Shown here one piece after another: positions 55,594 to 63,994 of a stretch of DNA of 64,000 bases. Below the pieces are notes generated by a model, which was given only the letters and a program-made list of their open reading frames with translations, was not told the origin of the DNA and did no database searches. This DNA is from a virus. A program made the position numbers and the translations under genes. Each line of letters opens with the position of its first letter. Position 1 is the first letter of the stretch. Location: positions 1-64,000 of IMG/VR virus record IMGVR_UViG_3300032240_000659. One strand, given 5' to 3'.

Positions 55594-56691
55594 TTAAATT
55601 TTTAGTCCTGCGAGTTTACGTATGTCGATAATGTTACTATCGATCTCGCTACTACGGTTGTTGGAAATTTCCTTATTTCCGGTGATTTCTTTAGCCTCTA
55701 CTAGTGCCTGTTTCTTCTGCGGAGCTTTCCCACCAGATAATACTGACGGTAGATACTTTTCAAAACTTTCGTTTAGTCGAGTAGTCTTTACGCTCTCCAT
55801 TAATTCTCCCATGATTTCGCGTTGTTCCTTGTTTAAAGGAGCAAGTAACTCGTCCATGATATTTTTTCTTTCTTGGCTCTCTTTCAGAGCACGAATTTCT
55901 GCTTCTTTACTTTCTAAAATGTATTCTGCTTGTACAACGGCTTTTGCAGCCTCTTGCATTGCATGATCTTTCAAGTCTATGACTTTGAGTAATTTTGCAG
56001 TTTCGGATTTTTCGTTTAGGTAACTGGACTGATATTCAGCGGCAAATGCCTCAAATAACTTACGTCCAAAATCAGCACGGCGAGCCGCTTCGATGTCTTC
56101 TTTCAATGATGTAATCTCAGTACGTAGACCTTGACTTACAACACCTTCAACCATCTTAGCCGCACGTTGTACAAACTCTTGTTTTACCTTTTTAATTTGT
56201 TCACGTCCTTCGCGGACTAAACGTACCTTGGTTTCAGCCAAGTCTTGTTTATCTTTGTAAAACTCTGTAATTTCTTGAGCTAGAGCCTCTACTACAAAAT
56301 GTTCTAACTTGCCAAATTTACTAGCCATTGCTACTTGATCTTCGTGTAACTCTTTAACTTCAGAAGCTAGTTGACGTGTAACAAATTCCTTCATTACTCG
56401 TGCATCGGACTTCATTTTGATGGCATATTTTGCCTTCATTTCAGCTAATTGCTTACGATCATCAGCAAACTCAACAAGTTCACTAGATAATTGTTCTGAT
56501 AACATTTTGTCAACAGCTTCAATCATTGTGTTCTTGTCGTGCTCGTATTTTTGTGCGAACTCTTCGCGTAGTTGTTGAGCAACTTGTGTGCGAGCCTCGT
56601 TAATACGAGTTTCGAACGCTGCCTCAATAGACTCTTTGATCTCTTCAGAAATCACATTGTTTTCGAATAAACTTTTTAGTGCATCCAACAT
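55594..56691 (-). CDS. gp22: Prohead core scaffolding protein (T4 gp22-like)
   Basis: Coiled-coil, Glu/Lys-rich; located between the protease and the major capsid gene; RKLFEAFAAEY. Confidence 0.85.
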   Translation of the reverse strand: MLDALKSLFENNVISEEIKESIEAAFETRINEARTQVAQQLREEFAQKYEHDKNTMIEAVDKMLSEQLSSELVEFADDRKQLAEMKAKYAIKMKSDARVMKEFVTRQLASEVKELHEDQVAMASKFGKLEHFVVEALAQEITEFYKDKQDLAETKVRLVREGREQIKKVKQEFVQRAAKMVEGVVSQGLRTEITSLKEDIEAARRADFGRKLFEAFAAEYQSSYLNEKSETAKLLKVIDLKDHAMQEAAKAVVQAEYILESKEAEIRALKESQERKNIMDELLAPLNKEQREIMGELMESVKTTRLNESFEKYLPSVLSGGKAPQKKQALVEAKEITGNKEISNNRSSEIDSNIIDIRKLAGLKI

Positions 56692-56704
56692 ATGATTCTC
56701 CTTG

Positions 56705-57334
56705 TTATTGGAGTCGGCTTATTATACCTAATAAGCTCTCTTTGAGATATTTTTGTGCCTTGGGGTCACCTTTCACCTCTTGCGCTATACGCAAGGCATT
56801 TAATCCGCCCTTATTATTCATAAGGTGTTCATAAATTGGTGTTGGATATGCTCCAGGAGCACTAGGTTGAGCTACCATATCTACTGTGATAATCTCAAAA
56901 TCTGATACTTCACCGGATCCGTCAGCTTTGACGTTTCCGGATCCGCGACTACTAACTCCTAATTTGACTCCGCTTTCTAGCATTGTCTTGATTAGTTGTC
57001 CCATAGGGGTTGGTAAAATTTTCAGTTTACCGTAACCATTAGGACCGTCCATCCACATATTTGTTATCATGTGAGACACACGGTCCAGGTTAATTTTTAG
57101 ATCATCTGGATGATCCACTTCTCCGAGAACTGAATAGCCGTTTTGAATCTGATCGTTAAGGGTCTTAACAGCCTTGCCAATCTCATTAACAGGGTAAACA
57201 CGCTGGTTAGCGTTACGTATACCGCCCTGGATGCAAATCCCGGACATGTACAAGTTCTTACCGTCTTTGTCATCAGACTCAACGACCATTTTTGCTTCGT
57301 TGAAACTGAGATTCTCTCGGAGGTATAGTGACAT
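56705..57334 (-). CDS. gp21: Prohead protease (T4 gp21-like, peptidase U9)
   Basis: G.CIQG..RNANQRVYP; GEVDHP...INLDRVSH; LGVSSRGSG; DMVAQPSAPGAYP. Confidence 0.95.
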   Translation of the reverse strand: MSLYLRENLSFNEAKMVVESDDKDGKNLYMSGICIQGGIRNANQRVYPVNEIGKAVKTLNDQIQNGYSVLGEVDHPDDLKINLDRVSHMITNMWMDGPNGYGKLKILPTPMGQLIKTMLESGVKLGVSSRGSGNVKADGSGEVSDFEIITVDMVAQPSAPGAYPTPIYEHLMNNKGGLNALRIAQEVKGDPKAQKYLKESLLGIISRLQ

Positions 57335-57355
57335 ATTATCTATGTACTCTTTTTA

Positions 57356-58243
57356 TTACTTACGAGCACGTAGGATGCTTTGGGTGTTCTTCTCACCATC
57401 ACGTGAGTTTTGACCTGTTCCTGCACCTGCGTTTTGTCCTGGGGCTGCACCTTTCTTCTCAGCACCATGACCTGGTTCTTTTTTCTTAAATGCTGTTTTA
57501 CCAGCATTTGAATCTTTACGGTTGTGGATTGTGCCCAAGCCGCTTGTTAAATCACCAGCTTTTGGATTTGCTAAACCACCTTGTGTACCTTCACCTTTAG
57601 CTACACCACCACTAACGATATTAGCAGTTGTGCCGCCCATGTCGTTCTTACCAGCTACGATTGATGTATTATTAACACCGTTGTCGCCGCCTTTGGCAAA
57701 TGTGTTGTATGTCTTGCCACCGTGTTGGTTAACATATTCCATCATCATTGATGGATCTTCTAATTCTAATTCGTCGCCGCCCATGTCGTCCATTCCGCCC
57801 ATGTCGTCCATGTCGTCACCGCCCATGTGCTCTTCGCCTTCTTCGCCAGCCATTAGCTGTTCAAATTCTGCTTTTAGGTCTTCAAGTGCATCTTCTAGAT
57901 CCATTACGCGATCTTCTAATTCACCGTCACCACCTTCTTCACCACCTTCTTCGTCGCCAAATGGGTTTTCTTCACCTTCTTCTTCTTCACCTTCTTCTTC
58001 TTCACCTTCTTCTTCTTCACCTTCTTCTTCAGGTGCGCTTTCTTCTTCCTCTTCGGATTCTTCTTCCATTGGGGCTTCAGTAGGTGGCATTTCGCCATCT
58101 TCTGCAAAGTCTGATTCTAATAATTCTTCGTAGATTTCACGAGATTTTGCTACTACGATGTTGTGAAAAATCTCTTTTGCTGCTTCTTGATCTTCATTGA
58201 TCAAAGCTTCAAGCATTGCTTCAAATTGAGCGCGGTCAGTCAT
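57356..58243 (-). CDS. Acidic prohead core protein (gp67/gp68-like position)
   Basis: Very Glu/Asp-rich with EEEEGE tandem repeats; sits between portal and protease as T4 gp67/gp68 do. Confidence 0.55.
   Translation of the reverse strand: MTDRAQFEAMLEALINEDQEAAKEIFHNIVVAKSREIYEELLESDFAEDGEMPPTEAPMEEESEEEEESAPEEEGEEEEGEEEEGEEEEGEENPFGDEEGGEEGGDGELEDRVMDLEDALEDLKAEFEQLMAGEEGEEHMGGDDMDDMGGMDDMGGDELELEDPSMMMEYVNQHGGKTYNTFAKGGDNGVNNTSIVAGKNDMGGTTANIVSGGVAKGEGTQGGLANPKAGDLTSGLGTIHNRKDSNAGKTAFKKKEPGHGAEKKGAAPGQNAGAGTGQNSRDGEKNTQSILRARK
57950..58075 (-). repeat. Low-complexity tandem repeat encoding (E)4-5GE
   Basis: Repeated TTCTTCTTCACC units on the plus strand. Confidence 0.85.
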
Positions 58244-58351
58244 GTTTGTTCTCCTATATGTAATGATTACAAGGCTGTATTATATTTACACTTTAATTAC
58301 AAAAGTGGGTAGATATGCCGCAAAAACGACAGATTTTTTGCGTATTTGTGA

Positions 58352-58591
58352 TTATTGTGCTGGGGCGGGTGGTGTTGCGTACATTGAATGAATAAACTCT
58401 AATTCGTTTTCTTGTTCTAAGATGTGTGCTTCACTACTTTTTCTCAGCTCATTTAGTTGTCTTAGAGTCAATCTTGTTTTTCTTGTGTCACCTTTTTTTA
58501 CGGAGGTGACATCTCGACCCGGTGAATAGCGAAGATCATTTGCTATCTTTCTAGTATCTGGATCAATATAAAAAAGTTCTCTAAGAATCAT
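58352..58591 (-). CDS. Hypothetical protein (79 aa)
   Basis: MILRELFY...DTRKTRLTLRQLNELRK; TAAATA 5 nt upstream of ATG. Confidence 0.65.
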   Translation of the reverse strand: MILRELFYIDPDTRKIANDLRYSPGRDVTSVKKGDTRKTRLTLRQLNELRKSSEAHILEQENELEFIHSMYATPPAPAQ

Positions 58592-58599
58592 AATGTTAT

Positions 58600-60339
58600 T
58601 TATGCGGCAGGTGGCGTTGCAGGGCCTGCTGGAGCAACTGGTGGTATACCGCCTTCAGCACCAGGTTCGCTAGCATTTGCAATATCTTCTGGTGCCGATA
58701 AATCTCCTGCGGCTCCTAAGTCGCCTTCAATACCGGCTGCACTTAGACCTGCACTACGTAGTTCTCCAGCGGCATCAGTATGTGTAGGCTGTCCTTTGCC
58801 GTTTTCTTCTGCCCACATGCGTTCGTTTTCTGCAATCTCGTCTTCACTTAATCCTAAGAAACGTTTTAATGCAAAACGTTTTGACATAAAAGGAACAGCT
58901 TGAATAGTATTAAATGTATTAATCCGTTCAGTATCAATAGCCGCTTGACGGCTACTTGCAAAGTTCATTGGCGGATTGAATTTTAATTCAAACAGATTAG
59001 CGTCAATATTAACGCCTCTGCTGTACATATACATTTTGAATTCTTCGTCAAATGCCGCAGTAATTAATGCTTGTAAACGTTCGCAATATTTGTTAAAACG
59101 CAGTTCTTGAATGTATGCAGTACCTACTCGACCGTCATTAAATGATGCTTGACTGTCATCTGCACCTGTTGGCAAGTAGCTACTTGGGATACGTAAACCG
59201 CGAAATAACTTGTTAGTAAAATATTTTAAGTCATCAATCTCGCCAAGATTCGTGCCTCCTGGTAATGTTTCAACTTTGCTTCCTCTTCCTTCAGCTGTTG
59301 TAGGGAAGAAATAATCTTCATTAATTGACAATGGATTGTAAGCACTATCGATAACATTTTGTCCGCCACCGCTTTGACTTGGAATTCTACGTTGGTGTAT
59401 TTCATTTTTAACCCTTTCAACAAAAGCCATAGCCATGTGGCTGGGCATATTACCTACGTCGATATGGAATACTCTGCGCTCTGGAGCACGTTGTATACGA
59501 TAGATTAAGATAGCATCTTCAAGTAATTCTTTTTGTTTATATACTTTAAAAATGTTCTCAAGCAAACTGTTACCAAATGGATAGTTGTTATCCAACCCTT
59601 CACTTAGGCTTAAATGTACTACATGTTTAGCGTCAATTGCGTGTTCAGTTTCAGTTAGTCCAAAACGGCTACCGCTACTATTAGGGTAAGAACTTGATGC
59701 ACCTCGCTGTGATCCAGCTGAACCAAATCCGCTACTAGGAATAGATCCTGCACCATTATTGCGAGGATTAACATTAGGTGTAATCATGGTAGCAACTAAA
59801 CTTGTAAAGTTAGGTGCTAGATCTTTAATTACATATTGCTCAGGCTTCTTGCCTTCGCTTTCGTTGACAATGATTTTAACAATTTTACTAGGATCAACCC
59901 ATGTCCACTTTTGTGTTTCTGGATCACGAATAAAAAAAGCATCACCGTACTTAAATGTATTACGAACAATTCTAAAAATCCTAGTGTCAAACTGATTTAG
60001 TTTAACCCATTGTTGCATGTACTCGCCTAAGATACGAATTTCACTGTTAGTGGCTTTGTTGCGCCAACTGACTGTAAAAGGACTTTTACCGTCTTTGAGT
60101 TTTTGCGTACAAAATTCTGCTAAAATATCTAAGGCTGCATTAACTTCTGGATCGCTGTCCATAACTTCGTATTGCGTATAACGTTCAATACGATTTGGGC
60201 TACCAGTGTACACATCAGGCAGATAACTTGAATAATTTGATTTTGCTGGGCCTGGGCGGTTAGCAGAATCCATACCCGATATAGTGGTTAAACCGTTAGT
60301 GCTTACAGCTACTGGTGAGAAATATTTTTTCCAAGTCAT
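58600..60339 (-). CDS. gp20: Portal protein (T4 gp20-like)
   Basis: Y..MD.D.EV..ALD; EDA..IYR..RAPERRVF.IDVGNMP; EDYFFP...GRGS..ETLPGG.NLGEIDD..YF..KLFRGL.IP. Confidence 0.97.
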   Translation of the reverse strand: MTWKKYFSPVAVSTNGLTTISGMDSANRPGPAKSNYSSYLPDVYTGSPNRIERYTQYEVMDSDPEVNAALDILAEFCTQKLKDGKSPFTVSWRNKATNSEIRILGEYMQQWVKLNQFDTRIFRIVRNTFKYGDAFFIRDPETQKWTWVDPSKIVKIIVNESEGKKPEQYVIKDLAPNFTSLVATMITPNVNPRNNGAGSIPSSGFGSAGSQRGASSSYPNSSGSRFGLTETEHAIDAKHVVHLSLSEGLDNNYPFGNSLLENIFKVYKQKELLEDAILIYRIQRAPERRVFHIDVGNMPSHMAMAFVERVKNEIHQRRIPSQSGGGQNVIDSAYNPLSINEDYFFPTTAEGRGSKVETLPGGTNLGEIDDLKYFTNKLFRGLRIPSSYLPTGADDSQASFNDGRVGTAYIQELRFNKYCERLQALITAAFDEEFKMYMYSRGVNIDANLFELKFNPPMNFASSRQAAIDTERINTFNTIQAVPFMSKRFALKRFLGLSEDEIAENERMWAEENGKGQPTHTDAAGELRSAGLSAAGIEGDLGAAGDLSAPEDIANASEPGAEGGIPPVAPAGPATPPAA

Positions 60340-60351
60340 TTAAATTTGTCC

Positions 60352-62634
60352 TTAGGCTGCTGTCCTGCTACCTGCTTTGCCTGCATATTTTGCAGTTTTA
60401 GAACTGGCATCGCTGATATCAGCAGTGTGTGCAACCATCTGCCCCATAGTCTTATTTAACTGATTAATAGCTTCAAGTATTTTAGTTTGGATGTCATCCG
60501 GTGTAGCTTGCATTTTTTTAATTTGAGCATCAGCATTGTTGTTTGCAGTATCAGCCCATTTATATCCGGCGGCTTCAGCTTCTTGTTGCGATTGAGATTT
60601 TTTAGGAGCAACATCGGATGCTTTTGGTAACATTGGCAACTTTGGAAATTCTGGTTGTTTGATATTAGACATGCCAGCTGTTAATCCTTTAAACTGCCCT
60701 TCTAGTTTCCCTAACATGTCTGTCGGTGCATTAGGTATTTTAATCTCAGGCATCTTAACTGATTGTAGCTGTTTAGTAATTTGTTCAAAAGGATTGTTAT
60801 TTTGCTCAGGCATCTTAACTGATTGTAGCTGTTTAGTAATTTGTTCAAAAGGATTACCGCCTTTTGTTGACATGTTATCTGCAAGGGATTTAGTTTGTCC
60901 TTGCATTTGAGACATCATGTCTTTCATAAACTCTGGAAGTTTAGCTTCTGGAACAACTGCTTCTTTACCGTGTAGTTCAGATAACCCGCCTTTGCCCCAA
61001 TCTTTAGCAAACCAGTCACCAAATACTTCTTTAGATCCAAGTGTTTGCTTAACTGGTTTTGGAGCTTGTCCGGGCTGAGTATCGCCCAGTACAGTTCCCG
61101 GTGTAGGAGTATTGCTATTACTAGCAGAAGACGTTTTATCAATAGCTTCTTTAATTTTATTGCCTACAGGTGCAATAAGTTCTTTGTTCTTTTCTGCAGA
61201 TGTTTGTCCTAGTTTCCCGCTGAGGTATTCAATCGCATCAGCAGTGCCCTTAATAAGTTTTGGTGATCTACCAAACTCATCGTTAAATTTAACTAGCTCA
61301 GTTGCACCAGCAACTGCTAGTTTTCTAAAGTTTTCTTGTCCTGCATTTAGTAAACGAATACCAGTTTGCCCTTCATCTACTTGGCCAGCATTTGGACCTA
61401 CACCAATTTGTCCTGCTTGCTGTCTCTTTGAAATTTCTGTTTGTGTTTGTTGAGCTTGTCTAAAATCTTGACCTGTTTCTCTAGCAACTGTTGCTACACC
61501 TGCTCGTTCTTTGTTTTCAACAATTAATTTTTTTTGTTGTTCAGCAATTTCGCCTGTGCCCTGCAAAGCCAGTCGAGCATAGCGCTCACTACTTTGCCAT
61601 TCATTGATTTTTGCTTTTGCGGCTGCTAAGGCTGCATCTGCTTGTTGTTTTTGTGCTTCGGTTGTTGCACTTTGTTGCATTCTAATAGCACGTTGAAAAT
61701 CACCGGCAGCTGGCCCTAGAGCATTTAATGTGGCCAAGTTATCTTTAGTCATTCTACCGCCTGAAGCAATAGTTTGAGCCAAGTTACCGATACTAGGTCC
61801 CATATTTCCAAGAGCAGCTTCAGTTTTTGTAAACGCTTCTCTTTGTTTGTCAGTCATCAAGTTCATAGCTAGAATAGCTTCTGGACTCTTTAGTCGTTCC
61901 TTTAATTCTGCTTCAATTACTTCTCTGCTTTTACCAGATGCTCTTGCCGCTAGATCAATATTTTGTGCTAGTTCTGCACTTGCTTGAGCTAGCTCTCTAC
62001 GGCCTTCTGCATCATCGCGCAAGTTCTTTTTAGTGTTAGATGCCATAATAGCGGCAGCGGAATTAAGTCCTTCAACACCGCCAGCGGCCGTTGCCATTTT
62101 TTGTCCTAGATCACTTTCAATAGTTTCTTGACTTAGTTTTAAGAATCGCTGATTAGCATCTTGTGCATTTAATCCAATGCCTGTTAAACTTGGGCCCATG
62201 TCTTTGAGCAATTTTAAATTGCCGTCCATGGTCATACCGGCTGCTTTAGTTTGTGCGGCAAATTCTACAACATTATTTCCGCCAACGCCTTGCTTGCCAG
62301 CTTGTGCTATATTTTCACGGCCTTGTTCTAATGTTTGAACAAATCCACCTAACGTTTTTCCAACACCTGGTGCAAAGCTAGCAAGATTGCTGAATACTGT
62401 TGCCGCTTCTTTACCGTGTGCCCCAATACCCATAAAAGCAGATATGACGGGCGCGGCTGCTTTGCCTGTTTCTTTTAAGTTGTTATAAAAATCAGATAAT
62501 GCAGATTTTTGGCTAGTATCCGTACCACTAGGTGTTCCGCTTGTGCTAGGCTTTGACCCAGAATTGCCCCCAAATACATTTTTCAATGCACCCTCAAATG
62601 CGCCTTGCAACTCCGATAGTGAATAGTCAGCCAT
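60352..62634 (-). CDS. Tape-measure-like helical protein (760 aa)
   Basis: Ala/Gln/Lys-rich helical repeats; ELHGKEAVVPE motif seen in phage tape-measure/tail proteins; divergent from the gp26-like gene. Confidence 0.55.
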   Translation of the reverse strand: MADYSLSELQGAFEGALKNVFGGNSGSKPSTSGTPSGTDTSQKSALSDFYNNLKETGKAAAPVISAFMGIGAHGKEAATVFSNLASFAPGVGKTLGGFVQTLEQGRENIAQAGKQGVGGNNVVEFAAQTKAAGMTMDGNLKLLKDMGPSLTGIGLNAQDANQRFLKLSQETIESDLGQKMATAAGGVEGLNSAAAIMASNTKKNLRDDAEGRRELAQASAELAQNIDLAARASGKSREVIEAELKERLKSPEAILAMNLMTDKQREAFTKTEAALGNMGPSIGNLAQTIASGGRMTKDNLATLNALGPAAGDFQRAIRMQQSATTEAQKQQADAALAAAKAKINEWQSSERYARLALQGTGEIAEQQKKLIVENKERAGVATVARETGQDFRQAQQTQTEISKRQQAGQIGVGPNAGQVDEGQTGIRLLNAGQENFRKLAVAGATELVKFNDEFGRSPKLIKGTADAIEYLSGKLGQTSAEKNKELIAPVGNKIKEAIDKTSSASNSNTPTPGTVLGDTQPGQAPKPVKQTLGSKEVFGDWFAKDWGKGGLSELHGKEAVVPEAKLPEFMKDMMSQMQGQTKSLADNMSTKGGNPFEQITKQLQSVKMPEQNNNPFEQITKQLQSVKMPEIKIPNAPTDMLGKLEGQFKGLTAGMSNIKQPEFPKLPMLPKASDVAPKKSQSQQEAEAAGYKWADTANNNADAQIKKMQATPDDIQTKILEAINQLNKTMGQMVAHTADISDASSKTAKYAGKAGSRTAA
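60745..60855. repeat. Exact 51-nt direct repeat, period 60 nt
   Basis: CTCAGGCATCTTAACTGATTGTAGCTGTTTAGTAATTTGTTCAAAAGGATT at 60745-60795 and 60805-60855, encoding NPFEQITKQLQSVKMPE twice. Confidence 0.95.
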
Positions 62635-62658
62635 AATAAATTTCCAGAAATGTATGTA

Positions 62659-62681
62659 TATAAATACCTATGTTATATTTA
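62659..62681. promoter_or_regulatory. Face-to-face late promoters: TATAAATA at 62659-62666 (plus) and TAAATA at 62676-62681 (minus)
   Basis: The plus-strand site is an exact T4 late consensus; both sites lie in the divergent gap between the tape-measure-like and gp26-like genes. Confidence 0.7.
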
Positions 62682-62695
62682 TCCGGAGTCCTATC

Positions 62696-63523
62696 ATGGC
62701 CAATAACCCACTACAAAAGTATTTTCGTCAACCAAAAATTTTTATTAACTTGCCTAGTCACGGCATTTATAATAAAGAAGGAACACTCAACGGAGAGCCA
62801 ACTAACATGCCAGTTTACGGTATGACTGGTATGGACGAAATTATTGTAAAGACTCCAGATGCATTGATGACCGGAGAAAGTACAGTTAAAGTTGTTGAAA
62901 GTTGCTGTCCTACTGTTGCAGATGCTTGGGGTTTAAGTGTTTTAGATACTGATGTTATATTTGCAGCCATTAGAATTGCTACCTACGGAAACATATTAAG
63001 CCTGTCAAATACCTGCACAAATTGCAAGACAGACAGTGATTATGACGCAGATTTAAATAAAATCATTGATCATTTTGCAGCCTGTAAGTACGATAACACT
63101 ATTATAGTTGACAATTTAACAATCAAAACACAGCCGTTAACCTACAAACAAAGCACAGATTTCAGTTTAAAAAACTACGAATTACAACAAAAGTTAGCAC
63201 AAATACAGCAGATGGAGGATACTCCAGAACGTCAGCATAATATTAATTTACTATGGCAAGAACTTGCAGAAAGTCAAAAAAATGTATTTTCACTAACAAT
63301 TGAAAGTGTAGAAGTAGACGGAACAGTGGTTACTGAACGCGGTTATATCACTGAATGGTTAGCAAATTGCGATAAAAAGATTGTAGATGCTATCAAAGAA
63401 CACATTGAATCTAACAAACAACAATGGACTATGCCAAGATTTCCAGTTAAATGTGATCACTGCGGGCACGAAACAGAGTTACTACTTGATCTAGACCAAA
63501 GTAATTTTTTCGAATTAGCCTAA
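62696..63523 (+). CDS. Baseplate hub / tail assembly protein (T4 gp26-like); start revised to ATG 62696
   Basis: MANNPLQKYFRQPKI.I.LPS; MT..DE...KTPDAL..G; D.D..F.AIRIATYG; CxxC...C.HC. GGAG SD before ATG 62696. Confidence 0.7.
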   Translation: MANNPLQKYFRQPKIFINLPSHGIYNKEGTLNGEPTNMPVYGMTGMDEIIVKTPDALMTGESTVKVVESCCPTVADAWGLSVLDTDVIFAAIRIATYGNILSLSNTCTNCKTDSDYDADLNKIIDHFAACKYDNTIIVDNLTIKTQPLTYKQSTDFSLKNYELQQKLAQIQQMEDTPERQHNINLLWQELAESQKNVFSLTIESVEVDGTVVTERGYITEWLANCDKKIVDAIKEHIESNKQQWTMPRFPVKCDHCGHETELLLDLDQSNFFELA

Positions 63524-63744
63524 TTAATACCCCGTTTGCTGAAATAGAAGCAAAGTTAGTTAGGCTAGACCAAGAAGTTAAGCAGTTTAAAACAGAATTG
63601 TTTAGACTTGCTTGGTACATGAGGGGAGGTGTTACTATCAATGACCTCCTATATACCTATAGTTTTGAAGATAGGCAAGCTATCTATACTGTTGTTACTG
63701 AAAATATGGAAACAACAAAAGAAACCCAACTACCGTTTATTTAA
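63505..63744 (+). CDS. Start-less -1-frame ORF (gp51-like / gpGT-type extension), missing from the ORF track
   Basis: Frame is open from 63505 to TAA 63742-63744: FFRISLINTPFAEIEAKLVRLDQEVKQFKTELFRLAWYMRGGVTINDLLYTYSFEDRQAIYTVVTENMETTKETQLPFI. First TTG is at 63598 and first ATG at 63619. Confidence 0.65.
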   Translation, partial: FFRISLINTPFAEIEAKLVRLDQEVKQFKTELFRLAWYMRGGVTINDLLYTYSFEDRQAIYTVVTENMETTKETQLPFI

Positions 63745-63994
63745 AGTCTTTGAATAGAGGACGATCAAACTGAGACTGTTGACCGGTGTTGGCCGTTGAT
63801 CCAGTTCCAGTAGGGCCTTGGCTTGATGCGTCAATATCTTGTTGAGCAGTTGTAGCAGGATTTCCGCCCTGTCCTGCGTTATTTCCAGTACCTTGTTGTC
63901 CGTATCTTAGTTTATCGCTGAAAAATCCTAAAAGTGCATCTTCACCCCATGCACCTAAGTATCCAACAGCTTGTCCAAATATAGAACTTGCCAT
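63737..63994 (-). CDS. Hypothetical protein, possibly the C-terminal part of a gene starting beyond the window
   Basis: Gly/Gln/Thr-rich 85 aa; the frame stays open to the window end (AAT TTT ATG). Confidence 0.5.
   Translation of the reverse strand: MASSIFGQAVGYLGAWGEDALLGFFSDKLRYGQQGTGNNAGQGGNPATTAQQDIDASSQGPTGTGSTANTGQQSQFDRPLFKDFK

Noticed and set aside
57522-58133. Ser/Pro-rich, His/Leu-rich and Lys-rich ORFs over the acidic repeat
   Set aside because: Other frames of the GAA-rich tandem repeat in 57356..58243.
58319-58342. Hairpin CGCAAAAA-8nt-TTTTTGCG after the 79-aa gene as a terminator
   Set aside because: Mostly A-U stem, large loop and no following U-tract; too weak to call.
60745-60855. 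CRISPR-like repeat-spacer reading of the 51-nt repeat
   Set aside because: Only two copies, a 9-nt gap, in frame within a CDS, and no cas genes.
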